64,000 bases of DNA from Gammaproteobacteria bacterium (GCA_024641505.1 JAHECY010000007.1:7250-71249), one strand, 5' to 3'; shown: positions 51,813-63,880, counted from the stretch's first letter. Notes: a model not told the origin generated them from the sequence alone. Program-made: numbers and translations.

Positions 51813-52800
51813 GGGATGCATCACCAGATGTTGATTCAAGCGCCTGCAGCACACGGCGCAAATCCTCCGCCAAAGGCGCGGACATTATCAGCTTTTCACC
51901 GGAATCCGGTGCCGTAAAAACAATCTTGTGTGCATGCAGGAACAAGCGTTTCAATCCATAGTCTCGCATCAGCCGGTTAAACTGTTCGTCGCCATATTTG
52001 TCATCACCGGCAATGGGGTGCTTAATGTGAGCGGCATGGACGCGAATCTGATGAGTGCGGCCGGTGACCGCTTGGACATTGACCAGTGACGCCAGATCAT
52101 AAGCGGTCTCGGTATTGAAAATGCTTACCGACGGTTTACCCTGATCCTGGACACGCACCACCCGCTCACCGGATTTCAGGGTGTTTTTTTGCAGGGCGAC
52201 ATCAACGGCAAAGTGCCGCAGTTCACACCGGCCACGCACCAGCGCGAGATAATATTTATCCACTTTCTTGTCGCGGATCTGTTCATGCAGATTGCGCAAC
52301 GCGCTGCGTTTCTTAGCAACCAATAGACAGCCAGAGGTTTCCCGATCCAGGCGGTGAATCAGCTCCAAATCCTTTTTCTGCGGGTACAACGCACGCAGTG
52401 CTTCGATGACGCCGTACTGAACACCACTGCCACCGTGCACGGCGACACCCGTTGGCTTGTCGATCACGAGCAGACTGCCGTCCTCATAAATAACACTTTC
52501 CTTGATAATGTTTTTTATGGCGTCCGAGGGCGGAGCCTTATGCTCACCCTCGCTCACTCGCACGGGAGGAATACGCAACACATCCCCTTCCTGCAACCGG
52601 TAGCTGGGCTGCGCCCTGCCTTTATTGATCCGAACTTCGCCCTTGCGTAATATGCGATAGATGAGGGATTTCGGTACGCCTTTCAACTCCCTCGTCAAAT
52701 AATTGTCAATTCGTTGGTCCTGATCCTCGGGACCAATGGTTACGAGCCTGACTTTCGGATTTATGGGGCTTTCCAAGACTAACTCCTGAACTGAAATCAT
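51805..52800 (-). CDS. rluC: 23S rRNA pseudouridine synthase C
   Basis: S4 domain (QRIDNYL), HRLDRETSG, GRTHQIRVH; divergent from rne. Confidence 0.95.
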   Translation of the reverse strand: MISVQELVLESPINPKVRLVTIGPEDQDQRIDNYLTRELKGVPKSLIYRILRKGEVRINKGRAQPSYRLQEGDVLRIPPVRVSEGEHKAPPSDAIKNIIKESVIYEDGSLLVIDKPTGVAVHGGSGVQYGVIEALRALYPQKKDLELIHRLDRETSGCLLVAKKRSALRNLHEQIRDKKVDKYYLALVRGRCELRHFAVDVALQKNTLKSGERVVRVQDQGKPSVSIFNTETAYDLASLVNVQAVTGRTHQIRVHAAHIKHPIAGDDKYGDEQFNRLMRDYGLKRLFLHAHKIVFTAPDSGEKLIMSAPLAEDLRRVLQALESTSGDASHV

Positions 52801-53335
52801 TGGTACCTATAGGATTTAATTCCGCTTTGTCGCAACCTGACAACAATCAATGTGCGGGATGATGCATTTCGCGTACGAGTGGCATGAATATTTCATATTA
52901 TCCATAACCAGCTCAATTTCAATGATTTTTAGGGTCGATAGTCAGCCGGAATTATAAATCTGATTGCTGTGCTTTGAATTCGTTGATATATTGTATAAGT
53001 CTTTGTATCAACAATGGCATGCGGGATCGATCCCGCTTGGTACATAAGGTCAAATCGAATTTTCGCAGCGCCTGCCAACAGGCGTTGTACATTACAAGGC
53101 GGTAAGTGAATCGACAATACTTTCACTTGCCATTATTAACACTTCAACCTATTAGGGTTCCCACGCACTACAATTCCTGAGTGCGGCAGATCAAGTATGA
53201 TGATACTAAGCTTTGTCAACATAATCCTGATATTCTTCCTGAATGGAAACAGGGGATTATCTGCGGACAAAAATCATAGTTATACAAGATCCCCGCTGAC
53301 CAGATTGGCGTGGGCCCCCGTGAGAGATGGGGCCA

Positions 53336-55732
53336 ATGAAAAGAATGTTATTCAACGCGACTCAACCGGAAGAGTTGCGCGTGGCCATGGTGGACGGCCA
53401 GAAACTGTACGATTTAGATATCGAATCCGCAGGCAAACAAAAGAAAAAATCCAATATCTACAAAGGCAAGATCACCCGCATTGAGCCCAGCCTGGAAGCG
53501 GCATTTGTTGATTATGGCGCCGAACGCCATGGCTTCCTCCCGTTAAAAGAAGTCGCCAAAGCCTACTTCGACCCTGCGGTCGACCTTGGTGGTGGCCGCC
53601 TCAATATCAAAGAGGCGCTCAAGGAAGGTCAGGAAATGATCATCCAGGTGGACAAGGAGGAACGGGGTAATAAGGGTGCCGCCCTCACTACCTTTATCAG
53701 TCTGGCCGGTCGCTACCTGGTGCTCATGCCCAATAACCCACGGGCGGGCGGCGTCTCACGTAAAATCCTTGGCGAAGACCGTAGCGAAACCCGCGATGTT
53801 TTGACCAGCTTGAACATGCCCCAGGGTATGGGCGTCATCGTGCGCACTGCGGGCGTCGGCAAGAGCACCGAAGAGCTGCAGTGGGATCTGGACTACCTGT
53901 TACACCTTTGGGATGCCATCGAAAAAGCTTCCGCGGACAAACCCGCCCCCTGCCTGATATATCAGGAAAGTAACATTATAATTCGGGCTATCCGTGATTA
54001 CCTGCGTAAAGACATTACGGAAATCCTGATTGACCATAAAGAAATTTACGAACAAGCCTGTGATTTTATGCGCATGGTCATGCCTCATAACTTGCATAAA
54101 ATCAAACTCTATCAGGACAATATCGCACTGTTCACGCGGTTTCAGATCGAAAGCCAAATCGAATCCGCGTTTAATCGGGAAGTACAACTGCCCTCCGGCG
54201 GGGCCATCGTCATCGACCATACCGAGGCGTTGACTTCGATCGATATCAATTCCGCGCGTGCCACCAAAGGCAGCGACATTGAAGAAACCGCACTCAACAC
54301 TAATGTGGAAGCCGCCGACGAAATTGCCCGTCAATTACGTCTGCGCGACCTGGGCGGTCTGATCGTCATCGATTTTATCGATATGGTGTCGACCAAGAAC
54401 CAACGGGAAGTTGAAAATCAACTGCGCGAAGCGTTGAAAATGGACCGGGCTCGGGTACAAATCGGGCGCATTTCCCGTTTCGGACTCCTGGAAATGTCTC
54501 GGCAGCGCCTGCGGCCATCATTAGGGGAAGCCAGCCAGGTAGTTTGTCCACGTTGTAAAGGCCAGGGACATATTCGTCATACCAATTCTTTGGCACTCTC
54601 GATCCTGCGTTTAATGGAAGAGGAAGCGCTGAAAGAAAATACCGGTCGGGTATTGGTGCAGTTACCTTTGTCGGTCGCCACCTTCCTCCTCAATGAGAAA
54701 CGTAAGGTAATCGCGGATATCGAAGCGCGTCAGCAAGTCGAAATGCTGATCGTGCCTAACCCCTCTTATGAAACACCGCATTTTACCGTGCAACGTATTC
54801 GTGCCAGTGAAATGTCCGAACAAGCCGGTGTCGCCAGTTTTGATCTGGTCACCACACCGGAAGATTCACAGGAAATCGACGTGGATATGGTGCGCGTGGC
54901 ACCTGCCGAAGAACCGGTGCTCAAGAATATTGCGCCACCAATGCCGGCACCTCCGCCTGCACCACCAAAGGCGGAACCTCAGAAACCAGGTCTGTTTATA
55001 CGTATCTTCCAGGCATTGTTTGGCAGTGGCAGTCCCGAGCACACGAGCGCCACCAGCCGCAATCGAAACAAACAATCGCCGCCGCGCGGTGGGCGTAGTG
55101 AGGCGCCGCGTACGTCAAAAAGCAGCAGGCCTCCCCAGACGGCAGCGGCAGCGCAACCAACTCAACCATCACAACAGCAACCCACAGGTCGCGGGGGCAA
55201 ACAACGGGGTGGCCGTCGTCGTGGTGGTGGTTCCCGGGGCGGACCCCGTACCGGTGGAGCACCGGGAGGGACCGGACCGGATCAGGGCCGCACCGATCAA
55301 GGGGGACGCTCGGGTCAGGGCAATCGCGGTGATCTGCAAGGCACGGGAAACTCGCAACCATCCCAACGGGGAAGCGGCAACCGGGAACAAAACAGCGATC
55401 GCAACAGCCAGCGCGGTGGTGAACAGAATCCTCAGGGCCAGAGAACGACCGGTTCCGAAGGCAGGGGTAACCGGGATCGTGACCGCAACCATGGTCCACG
55501 ACCAAGCTCCAGAGGTGGTGCGCCGGGGGATGCACCGTCACAGGGTCCACAGAGCCATGACAGCGCCTCCTCCCCGCAGCCTCCTCGTGAGGACGGGTCG
55601 GACAACCGACCACGGGATGTGGCGACGCCTCCACAGCAACAGAACGACACGCGGGTCAGTGATAATTCGCAGTCCGAAAAGCCTCAGGAAGCAAAAATCG
55701 CCGTATCTGTGGACTCATCATCACAAGATTGA
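53336..55732 (+). CDS. rne: Ribonuclease E
   Basis: [29 protein letters not shown]; membrane-targeting helix [12 protein letters not shown]; disordered C-terminus. Confidence 0.96.
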   Translation: MKRMLFNATQPEELRVAMVDGQKLYDLDIESAGKQKKKSNIYKGKITRIEPSLEAAFVDYGAERHGFLPLKEVAKAYFDPAVDLGGGRLNIKEALKEGQEMIIQVDKEERGNKGAALTTFISLAGRYLVLMPNNPRAGGVSRKILGEDRSETRDVLTSLNMPQGMGVIVRTAGVGKSTEELQWDLDYLLHLWDAIEKASADKPAPCLIYQESNIIIRAIRDYLRKDITEILIDHKEIYEQACDFMRMVMPHNLHKIKLYQDNIALFTRFQIESQIESAFNREVQLPSGGAIVIDHTEALTSIDINSARATKGSDIEETALNTNVEAADEIARQLRLRDLGGLIVIDFIDMVSTKNQREVENQLREALKMDRARVQIGRISRFGLLEMSRQRLRPSLGEASQVVCPRCKGQGHIRHTNSLALSILRLMEEEALKENTGRVLVQLPLSVATFLLNEKRKVIADIEARQQVEMLIVPNPSYETPHFTVQRIRASEMSEQAGVASFDLVTTPEDSQEIDVDMVRVAPAEEPVLKNIAPPMPAPPPAPPKAEPQKPGLFIRIFQALFGSGSPEHTSATSRNRNKQSPPRGGRSEAPRTSKSSRPPQTAAAAQPTQPSQQQPTGRGGKQRGGRRRGGGSRGGPRTGGAPGGTGPDQGRTDQGGRSGQGNRGDLQGTGNSQPSQRGSGNREQNSDRNSQRGGEQNPQGQRTTGSEGRGNRDRDRNHGPRPSSRGGAPGDAPSQGPQSHDSASSPQPPREDGSDNRPRDVATPPQQQNDTRVSDNSQSEKPQEAKIAVSVDSSSQD

Positions 55733-55746
55733 AAACGAATCATGAT

Positions 55747-55784
55747 CCGACAGTAACGACACCCACGCGGGTCGTTACTGTCGG
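55747..55784. terminator. Hairpin between convergent rne and PTP genes
   Basis: Perfect 14-bp stem CCGACAGTAACGAC/GTCGTTACTGTCGG. Confidence 0.7.
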
Positions 55785-55788
55785 TCAA

Positions 55789-56283
55789 TCACTTTACCCG
55801 GTTGGTTAAATGGGTTGTGACGATATGGGCGAGCAAACCACGCGCTGCTTCCTCTACCAGATCGAAGACCTGATCAAAACCATTGGGACCACCATAGTAG
55901 GGATCGGGCACATCGCTCACCCGTAGATCCGGAGCAAAGGAAAGAAACATACGCAGCCTGTCTTTATGTGTAACCGGACATATGACCGCTAAATCATCAT
56001 AATTCTGTCGGTCCATCGCCAACACATAATCGAATTTCTCAAAGTCCGATACGCTAACACGTCGTGCCCGTTGCCCACCGAGATCGATACCCCGGCGCAG
56101 CGCACATGCCTGGGACCGACCGTCCGGCGGCTCACCAACATGATAGGCATGCGTACCCGCTGAATCGGCGGCGACCAGATGCGCCAATTGTGCGGCGCAG
56201 ACTTGATGCTCGAATACGCCTTGGGCTGTTGGGGAACGGCAGATATTTCCCATGCAACAGAAAAGGACATTTACCTTAGTCAT
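55789..56283 (-). CDS. Low-molecular-weight protein tyrosine phosphatase
   Basis: CMGNICRS, DSAGT, VPDPYYG. Confidence 0.94.
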   Translation of the reverse strand: MTKVNVLFCCMGNICRSPTAQGVFEHQVCAAQLAHLVAADSAGTHAYHVGEPPDGRSQACALRRGIDLGGQRARRVSVSDFEKFDYVLAMDRQNYDDLAVICPVTHKDRLRMFLSFAPDLRVSDVPDPYYGGPNGFDQVFDLVEEAARGLLAHIVTTHLTNRVK

Positions 56284-56413
56284 GACGCCCTCATAGCTTT
56301 AGCCAGTGCGATCTATGGTAGCGTGAAAGCCAATACCTGAGAAAACTTTTTCCTCATGGTAGTTTTTTTCAGCTCATGGTTCTTACCGGGCTCATTGTTC
56401 GTATAATGGTGTC

Positions 56414-59125
56414 ATGCTCAACGACGCGCCAGCCACCCAGCTCTCATGGCATGCTCTCAGCTGTAATGCCGTTTTTACCGCATTGGAGTCTACTGCTGAG
56501 GGACTCAGTCAATCGGCTATCGACAGCCGCCAACGTCGCTTCGGGTTAAATTGTTTACGACCGCCCCATAAACGTGGCGCTATCGCGCGTTTTATCAGTC
56601 AATTCAACAATATTTTAATTTATGTATTACTTGCCGCCAGTCTCTTAACGGCGTTTCTGCAACATTGGGTGGACACCGGCGTGATCATCGCGGTGGTCGT
56701 TCTCAATGCGTTGATTGGTTTTATTCAGGAAGGAAAAGCAGAACAAGCCTTGGAGGCAATTCGTGAACTGCTGTCACATACGGCATCCGTCAAGCGCGAT
56801 GCCAGAACCTATGTACTACCGACGGAACAATTGGTGCCCGGTGACGTAGTGTTACTCAAATCCGGCGACAAGGTGCCAGCCGACATGCGCCTGTTTCATA
56901 CCAAGGATTTACGCATTGACGAAGCGATGCTCACGGGTGAATCCGCGCCGGTGGAAAAAGATGTTGCCGCTGTTGATGCCGATGCTGATCTTGGAGATCG
57001 CATTTGTATGGCCTATTCCGGCACACTTGTCAGTTATGGTCAAGGTAGCGGCGTGGTGGTCAGCACCGGTGACAACACCGAACTGGGACGCATCAGCGCC
57101 CTCCTGGATCACGTACAAATGCTGGAAACCCCCTTGTTACGGCAAATGGCGGTGTTCGGCACCTGGCTAACCGCCAGCATCGTCGTTATCGCGGGCATGA
57201 CTTTTATCTTTGGCGTAACCATTCGTCATTATTCGGCGCCTGAGATGTTTCTGGCAGCGGTGGGCTTGGCGGTAGCGGCAATCCCCGAAGGCTTGCCCGC
57301 CATTATGACGATCACGCTGGCGATCGGCGTGCAACGCATGGCGCACCGCAACGCTATCATACGGCGCCTGCCGGCGGTGGAAACTCTGGGCGAGATCAGC
57401 GTCGTTTGTTCCGACAAAACCGGCACTTTGACGCGTAATGAAATGACCGTGCAATCTGTTGCCACAGGCACAGGCTTGTTTTCAATATCCGGCACCGGAT
57501 ACGATCCTCATGGCAGCTTTCTATTCGAAGGCCAGGAAGTACAGCCTGATGATTATCCAATACTCCTGGAAATCTGCCGCGCCGCGACCCTGTGTAACGA
57601 TGCCGAACTGGAAAACTCGGGAGATCAATGGCGCTTGCACGGCGAACCCACGGAAGGCGCATTGATAACGCTGGGACTGAAAGCGGGCCTGGACTTGAAT
57701 ATGCAACGTCAGGAATGGCCGCGCACCGATACTATCCCCTTTGAATCGGTGCATAGATTCATGGCCACTTCACATCATGATCATGCCGGTCATGGTTTCG
57801 TCTACGTCAAGGGCGCACCGGAGCGCATACTCGAAATGTGTAACACCCAGCGGCTGCGCGGCACGGATGTAACACTCGATCACTATTATTGGCAACAACA
57901 GATGGAAGCCTTGGGACACATGGGGCAACGCCTGCTGGCCATCGCCTGCAAGCCCCTCCATGATCCCTCGCGAGAATTGACTTTTAAAGGTAGCGCTGCC
58001 GAGCTGACTTTATTGGGAATTGTCGGCATCATGGACCCGCCGCGGGAAGAGGCCATTACCGCCATAGGCCAATGCCGATCCGCAGGCATCAAAGTAAAAA
58101 TGATCACCGGTGATCATGCCACCACCGCCCGGTCGATCGCCGGGCAGTTGGGCATAGGTGACCATGCGCGCGTGCTGACGGGGCATGAGCTTGACAAACT
58201 GGATGCGCGCGCATTGTCCCTGATTATCGACGACGTTAATGTTTTCGCCCGCACCACGCCGGAACACAAATTGCGCCTGGTAGAGGCGCTGCAAGCCGGT
58301 GGCCATGTAGTCGCCATGACCGGTGACGGTGTTAACGATGCGCCGGCCTTGAAGCGGGCGGACGTGGGTGTGGCCATGGGTATAAAAGGTACGGAAGTTT
58401 CCAAAGAAGCCTCGGAAATGATTCTTGCCGATGACAATTTTTCCTCCATCGTCAGTGCCGTGGAGGAAGGACGCACCGTATACGACAATCTGAAAAAAGC
58501 TATTCTCTTCATTCTGCCGACGAACGGCGGTGAGGCTTTTATGCTGATTACGGCGATTTTAATGGGGCGTGCCTTACCAATAACACCGGTACAGATTCTC
58601 TGGGTGAATATGATTACTGCGGTCACCCTGGCGCTTACTCTGGCCTTCGAGCCTTCGGAAGGTGATGTCATGCGCCGCCCGCCCAGGAATCCCAAGGCGG
58701 CCATCCTCGCGCCACTGCTGATATGGCGTATCGTTTTTGTGACCACCATCATCGTGTTCGGTAGTTTCGGCTTGTTTGTCTGGTATCGTGAACAGGGTGC
58801 CGATATTAACCATGCGCGTACCGTTGCGGTAAATACTCTGGTATTGTTTGAAATTTTCTATTTGTTCAACACCCGCTATATTCTTGATCCCGTATTTAAT
58901 CACCACGGTTTTATGGGTAATCGTTATCTGCACATCGCCATTGCTATCCTGATATTTTTTCAGCTGATATTCACCTATTTTGCACCGGCACAGACCTTGT
59001 TCGGCACTGCCGCGTTGGACATGAAAACCTGGTTGTTGATGCTGTTGGTCGCCTCCAGTGTGCTGTTCGCGGTAGAATTCGAAAAACTAATTATTAGGAA
59101 ATTCCAAATCGCCAAACCCGGCTAA
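56414..59125 (+). CDS. P-type (IIA, Ca2+-like) cation-transporting ATPase
   Basis: TGES, PEGL, DKTGTLT, KGAPE, TGDGVNDAP. Confidence 0.94.
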   Translation: MLNDAPATQLSWHALSCNAVFTALESTAEGLSQSAIDSRQRRFGLNCLRPPHKRGAIARFISQFNNILIYVLLAASLLTAFLQHWVDTGVIIAVVVLNALIGFIQEGKAEQALEAIRELLSHTASVKRDARTYVLPTEQLVPGDVVLLKSGDKVPADMRLFHTKDLRIDEAMLTGESAPVEKDVAAVDADADLGDRICMAYSGTLVSYGQGSGVVVSTGDNTELGRISALLDHVQMLETPLLRQMAVFGTWLTASIVVIAGMTFIFGVTIRHYSAPEMFLAAVGLAVAAIPEGLPAIMTITLAIGVQRMAHRNAIIRRLPAVETLGEISVVCSDKTGTLTRNEMTVQSVATGTGLFSISGTGYDPHGSFLFEGQEVQPDDYPILLEICRAATLCNDAELENSGDQWRLHGEPTEGALITLGLKAGLDLNMQRQEWPRTDTIPFESVHRFMATSHHDHAGHGFVYVKGAPERILEMCNTQRLRGTDVTLDHYYWQQQMEALGHMGQRLLAIACKPLHDPSRELTFKGSAAELTLLGIVGIMDPPREEAITAIGQCRSAGIKVKMITGDHATTARSIAGQLGIGDHARVLTGHELDKLDARALSLIIDDVNVFARTTPEHKLRLVEALQAGGHVVAMTGDGVNDAPALKRADVGVAMGIKGTEVSKEASEMILADDNFSSIVSAVEEGRTVYDNLKKAILFILPTNGGEAFMLITAILMGRALPITPVQILWVNMITAVTLALTLAFEPSEGDVMRRPPRNPKAAILAPLLIWRIVFVTTIIVFGSFGLFVWYREQGADINHARTVAVNTLVLFEIFYLFNTRYILDPVFNHHGFMGNRYLHIAIAILIFFQLIFTYFAPAQTLFGTAALDMKTWLLMLLVASSVLFAVEFEKLIIRKFQIAKPG

Positions 59126-59256
59126 GGCCCTGGCACCGCGATCGGCGCCAGAGCTGAGATGTACCCCACTTCCAAAAAGGACTCCGAAAAGTGGCAACCA
59201 CGGCAGCGATAATAGCAGTTGCGTGATACCGGGTTGCCAGGCTTAACAGACAGGCA

Positions 59257-59568
59257 CTATGCCTTAATTTCCTTTAGATAGGCGCAATCCTCGGATTCGA
59301 TAAACGCATCGATACCTTCTTCTTCAATTGCCTGGAATGCGGCATCCACCGCCAAGCGCGGGCTGGTAAAATAATCCGTCCAATGAGATCGCAGCCCCTT
59401 CCCACTATCTACGACCAGTTGCCAACCACCAATATATTCATCTCCGCTCAGTTCTGAAAGATCGTGTTCATAGGTAATATTGATATAAACGGTCTTGGCG
59501 TTCTGAGTGAATTCCAGGTATACGCCATCTTCATGATTTGCAACGGTATCGTTCATGATAATCTCCAT
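59257..59568 (-). CDS. Small acidic hypothetical protein
   Basis: Open ORF with GGWQLVVD...W.D.F......AI.EEGI pattern. Confidence 0.6.
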   Translation of the reverse strand: MEIIMNDTVANHEDGVYLEFTQNAKTVYINITYEHDLSELSGDEYIGGWQLVVDSGKGLRSHWTDYFTSPRLAVDAAFQAIEEEGIDAFIESEDCAYLKEIKA

Positions 59569-59669
59569 CCGTGGTGAGTAATATTATCGTTAATCCGGAA
59601 ACTGGCGCGGGGCACATCTGCCCGCACCGTCCTTGTATCCGGAGCGGTAGCGCTCAAGCATATGCTACG

Positions 59670-59999
59670 CTATTTTTTCGGCAACGTACGCACAAAAGCG
59701 TAGCCGGTCTCAATCCATTTTATCAGATCGGTATCCGAGGAAAAACCGGGCGCCGCAACATAAATAAACCCTTTCAATGGTTTACCGGTGAAATCCATTT
59801 TTCTGGCGTAAGGTAAATTGAGCACATACTCGTATTGCTCCGGGCCGACACGCACCATCAATTCTTCTCTGACCACACCCACGCACATATTACCGTAAAC
59901 CATGAATGCCAAACCGCCAAACATCTTACGCTCAACAACGCCAGCGATATCCTGCATGGCTTCGCGTACTCTCTGGGCTACTCCCGCATCATATGCCAT
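59670..59999 (-). CDS. TfoX N-terminal-domain protein
   Basis: MAYD...ERKMFGGLAFM..GNMC.GV...LMVRVG...MDFTG.P..G. Confidence 0.88.
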   Translation of the reverse strand: MAYDAGVAQRVREAMQDIAGVVERKMFGGLAFMVYGNMCVGVVREELMVRVGPEQYEYVLNLPYARKMDFTGKPLKGFIYVAAPGFSSDTDLIKWIETGYAFVRTLPKK

Positions 60000-60211
60000 C
60001 ACGCCTCCCGAATTTCCATATATTCTTCGGACATTCCACATCCTGGGTAAAAGCGTCCATTTTACCCCCAGTCGGCCATACATTGTATGCAACGAAATAA
60101 GCATCCCAGCGACTGCGTGACGCCTCCAAAAAAAGAACCGCTGCAACTGAATCAGATCACCTGCGCCAGCTCAGCGGTAAACAGTTGGAGGAAAGAATTA
60201 ATCCCGATGAT

Positions 60212-61456
60212 TTACGCAGTCTCTAGCAATAGAGACTTTACGTCACTCCAGGATGTAATATTCTTGCGCGCGAGCCGATGTACCCGTTGATGCGCGGCCA
60301 CAGCGGGCTGCCGCGTGTGCTGTATACGCTGCGCATACTGCATGGCACGCGCGTAGTTTTTCTCAATATGCTCGTAATATTTCGCCAGATTCTCCAGACT
60401 CACATCGCAGGATTTTTGTTCCGCCAGGTGCTGCCAGATGGCAATCGCCTCCGGCCATTGTTGTTTCTGCTTGAAAAGTCGTGCCAAATCCAGAAAACCT
60501 TCGTGATCCAACGTATCGCGTGATTCGGAAAGTTTTTCCAGTGCCAGATCTTCCTGCTGATCTTTTACATAGTGGCGCGCGATGGCACGGGTATTGGCAC
60601 CGAATTGGGTAGGATCCTGGAACACCGCCTGCAATCTTACCAGTAACGCCAATAACGACAACACATCCCAATAATGGTGTTGCAACAATGCGCGCAAACG
60701 GCTGCTGTCACCAAAACGTATGAATTCCTGCCATACTCGCGGCGCCTCGGACCCGGGCAAATCATCGAGACGATTAAAAGCCAGTAACTTACGTTCCGCA
60801 CTTTTCAACGAACAGTCCCGCCAGCGCAATGCATAGGCACGCCGAGTATGGTGTAACAGATCGATATGTCGTGAAAACTCCATGGGGTCCAGACGCAACA
60901 ACCGTTGACGGGATTCCATCAGCGGCATATCGAAAGATTTACCGTTAAAACTCACCAGCACACTGTCATCAGCAAGCCAGGCGCACGCATGCTGATACAA
61001 CGCAGCCTCTCCGGCGTAGCCCGTCAGCAGATATTGACGTAACACAAATTCACTGTCGATGATCCGCGCAATTCCCAGCAAGAAAACCACCGTGCCGCTG
61101 CCTCCCGATAACCCATTGGTTTCAGTATCAAGAAAAACAAGCTGTTCAACGGGTGTAGTTGCCAATGATTTTGAGAACAACGATAAATCAATCTCATTAA
61201 CACCCTGGAGCGAAACATCACCATGGCGACGGGTCAACGGCACACGCTTCTCAATCAAAAGGCAATGATCGCCCAGCCACTCCCCGCCTAAAAATTGATC
61301 AAGGCCGTCATGGCGCACCATCGGCATGGACATCAAACGTGCGCGTTGCGCAATGCGTTGAATGCGTTGCCGCAAACCAGCCGCATCGGCAGTCGGTCGA
61401 ATTTCCATATTTACCTTGCCATGCAAGGCATACAAGCGAGTCTTAATTGATGACAT
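60212..61456 (-). CDS. RNase H-like DEDDh exonuclease with C-terminal TPR (YprB/MrfB-like)
   Basis: FLDTETNGL, SFNGKSFD, HIDLLH, HHYWD, LAKYYEH; overlaps the helicase stop. Confidence 0.85.
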   Translation of the reverse strand: MSSIKTRLYALHGKVNMEIRPTADAAGLRQRIQRIAQRARLMSMPMVRHDGLDQFLGGEWLGDHCLLIEKRVPLTRRHGDVSLQGVNEIDLSLFSKSLATTPVEQLVFLDTETNGLSGGSGTVVFLLGIARIIDSEFVLRQYLLTGYAGEAALYQHACAWLADDSVLVSFNGKSFDMPLMESRQRLLRLDPMEFSRHIDLLHHTRRAYALRWRDCSLKSAERKLLAFNRLDDLPGSEAPRVWQEFIRFGDSSRLRALLQHHYWDVLSLLALLVRLQAVFQDPTQFGANTRAIARHYVKDQQEDLALEKLSESRDTLDHEGFLDLARLFKQKQQWPEAIAIWQHLAEQKSCDVSLENLAKYYEHIEKNYARAMQYAQRIQHTRQPAVAAHQRVHRLARKNITSWSDVKSLLLETA

Positions 61457-63869
61457 AGCAATTTTCCTTTGGTTGTAGCAACGTGAGCACGAGCAGAGCA
61501 TTTTGTTTTGGTGCGTGATCCGGATCTTGAGGGTCATGTAATATGGGGCCGATACATGCCGGACACCCGATACGGCAAGCGCAGGCAGCGATCAATTGTT
61601 GCGCCCGTTCTACCACGGTAAGGCGTAAATCATACAGCGGCACTGACAACCCTACCCCGCCCGGGTAGTTGTCATAAAGGAACAATGCCGGCGAAAATTG
61701 CTGCTTCAGATCGCGAACATCCATGGCATCGCCGGAGAAGTTCCGCAGGCTGCCACGTCCGTTACTGCCGAGAGTCACAAACCAGGCGGCGTCGCCATTG
61801 CCGACCGCGCGACCAAGATCGTGCGGCTCCGACATCAGCAGCAAGGCGGCAATATGGTGCATGGCATAGGCCGCGCCAAGAAAACCATCCAGTGCGTGCC
61901 AACGATTTGGAAAATGCTGGTCCAGAAGACTGGCACCGATCTGCCACCAAACAGCCGTGGTGTGCATTTCATGATCCGGCAAATTCACCTTGCCGTAGCC
62001 GACATTCTCATGACTGTAATAGCGAATCTTCTTATACCCGGAAACACGTCGTACCACGTGTACCTCGCCGCGCACGACCCCACTGTTTTCTTGACTGCTG
62101 GTCTCAAAACGATCAAGAATTTTTAGGCGTGTATAGTCAATGGCATCTGTATAATAATCCGCGCGAGTACGCGTTACAAAAGCCTTGCGCCCTTCCCAAT
62201 CCAGTTTCTCAACCTGCCACGGCTGGGCTTGGATCATATATATCGCGCCTTCATACAGAGTCAGAGCCGCGCCACTGTAATCGACTTCGGCGATAACCGT
62301 CTGCTGACCACCCGTGGTGTCGATGACCACGAAATTACCATTGGCCACGGATCGCAGGCTGACGCTGTTCGCCGGATAAGCATCGGCCATCCAGTGCCAG
62401 GTATCGCCTTCCCGGTGAATGAGCCCTTCTTCCTCAAGATAGGCGAGAAATTCGAGCAGAGACTCCTTGCCGAAGGACTCACCACGAGTAAAAGGTAACT
62501 CAAACGCCGCGCATCTAATGTGGTCGAGAAGAATCAAGAGTTGGTCCGCGTGAATGTGCGCATGTTCCGGTGACGCATCAAAAAAATATTGCGGATGACG
62601 AATGACGAACTGGTCAAGCGGTAGACTGGTGGCAACTAAAACACCCAGTGAGGGACGATGCCTGCGCCCGGCCCGACCCAAACGCTGCCAGGTACCCGCG
62701 ATGGTACCGGGATAACCATTGAGTATGCACACATCCAGCGCTCCGATGTCCACTCCCAGCTCTAAAGCGGAGGTTGCCACGACACAATCCAGCGCGCCCT
62801 TGCGTAATCGCTGCTCCGTGCCACGCCGCTCCGTCGGCAGGTAACCGCCGCGATAGGCCCTGACGCGCTCCGGCTTACGCGGGTCTTTATCGAAATGATC
62901 CTTGAGATACTTGGTAATTACTTCCACTGCCAAGCGGGATTGCGCAAACACAATGCATTTCAAGCCGGTCTGGATCGCCCGTTTCACAACCCGGTGCGTC
63001 TGCGAACGTGCGGACGCGCGAATTCCTAAATCGGCATTGACCACCGGAGGATTCCAAAACAGAATATGTTTCGGTCCGCGCGGAGCGCCGCTGTCCGTAA
63101 TGGCCGTGACCGCATCATCCAGCAACGCTGTAGCCAGTTCCTGCGGATTGGCAATGGTCGCGGAACACAGAATAAATTGCGGCGCACTGCCATAGAAACT
63201 GCAAATTCTTTTCAAACGACGTATCACATTCGCCATGTGGGACCCGAACACGCCCCGGTAAATGTGCATTTCATCAATTACCACGTAACGCAGATTCTGA
63301 AAGAACTGAGCCCATTTTGTATGATGCGGCAATATCCCCTGATGCAGCATATCCGGATTAGACACCACAATATCACCATGCATGCGCACCGCTTTGCGCG
63401 CATCGCCCGGAGTATCGCCATCAAAGGTATGCGCCCTGATACCCAGCCCACCCGCTTTATTAAGCTCGATAAGTTCCGCCACTTGATCCTGTGCTAAGGC
63501 CTTGGTCGGAAATAAATACAAGGCCTTTGCGGAATCCGACAACACTGACTGCAACACCGGCAGGTTGTAGCACAATGTCTTTCCGGATGCCGTGGGCGTT
63601 ACGACGACCGTATTTGCACCCTGTTGCGCGAGATCCCAGGCACGCGCCTGATGAGAGTAGAGGGTCTGGATCCCCTTGTGATCAAGTGCCGTCACTAGAC
63701 GGGAATCCAGGCCCTCAGGCAAAGGCGCATAGGTCCCCGTAACCGCCGGCAATTCCATGGCACCGGTAATACAGCTCGCAAACCCTTGGGATAAGCCATA
63801 AACTACTGATTCAATGGCATTATCTTGAGGTTCACAAATTTCCTGCGCGTTCTTAAGGGCCATGGGCAT
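61443..63869 (-). CDS. DEAD/DEAH helicase with DUF1998 (YprA/MrfA/Hrq1/SftH-like)
   Basis: PTASGKT, DEMH, SATI, TSALELGVDIG, QRLGRAGR, C-terminal CxCxxGCPxC. Confidence 0.92.
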   Translation of the reverse strand: MPMALKNAQEICEPQDNAIESVVYGLSQGFASCITGAMELPAVTGTYAPLPEGLDSRLVTALDHKGIQTLYSHQARAWDLAQQGANTVVVTPTASGKTLCYNLPVLQSVLSDSAKALYLFPTKALAQDQVAELIELNKAGGLGIRAHTFDGDTPGDARKAVRMHGDIVVSNPDMLHQGILPHHTKWAQFFQNLRYVVIDEMHIYRGVFGSHMANVIRRLKRICSFYGSAPQFILCSATIANPQELATALLDDAVTAITDSGAPRGPKHILFWNPPVVNADLGIRASARSQTHRVVKRAIQTGLKCIVFAQSRLAVEVITKYLKDHFDKDPRKPERVRAYRGGYLPTERRGTEQRLRKGALDCVVATSALELGVDIGALDVCILNGYPGTIAGTWQRLGRAGRRHRPSLGVLVATSLPLDQFVIRHPQYFFDASPEHAHIHADQLLILLDHIRCAAFELPFTRGESFGKESLLEFLAYLEEEGLIHREGDTWHWMADAYPANSVSLRSVANGNFVVIDTTGGQQTVIAEVDYSGAALTLYEGAIYMIQAQPWQVEKLDWEGRKAFVTRTRADYYTDAIDYTRLKILDRFETSSQENSGVVRGEVHVVRRVSGYKKIRYYSHENVGYGKVNLPDHEMHTTAVWWQIGASLLDQHFPNRWHALDGFLGAAYAMHHIAALLLMSEPHDLGRAVGNGDAAWFVTLGSNGRGSLRNFSGDAMDVRDLKQQFSPALFLYDNYPGGVGLSVPLYDLRLTVVERAQQLIAACACRIGCPACIGPILHDPQDPDHAPKQNALLVLTLLQPKENCYVIN

Positions 63870-63880
63870 GTAAAAATCCA

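Noticed and set aside
52800..53335. Long rne 5' region, possible autoregulatory leader RNA
   Set aside because: Expected for rne; no specific structure could be supported by eye
55030..55732. Gly/Arg/Gln-rich low-complexity stretch with long overlapping alternative ORFs
   Set aside because: Normal disordered RNase E scaffold; the shadow ORFs reflect GC-rich codons
59190..59240. GGCAACCACGG...CCGGGTTGCC resembling the 3' half of a c-di-GMP-I riboswitch
   Set aside because: It lies between convergent gene ends and is better explained as a terminator hairpin
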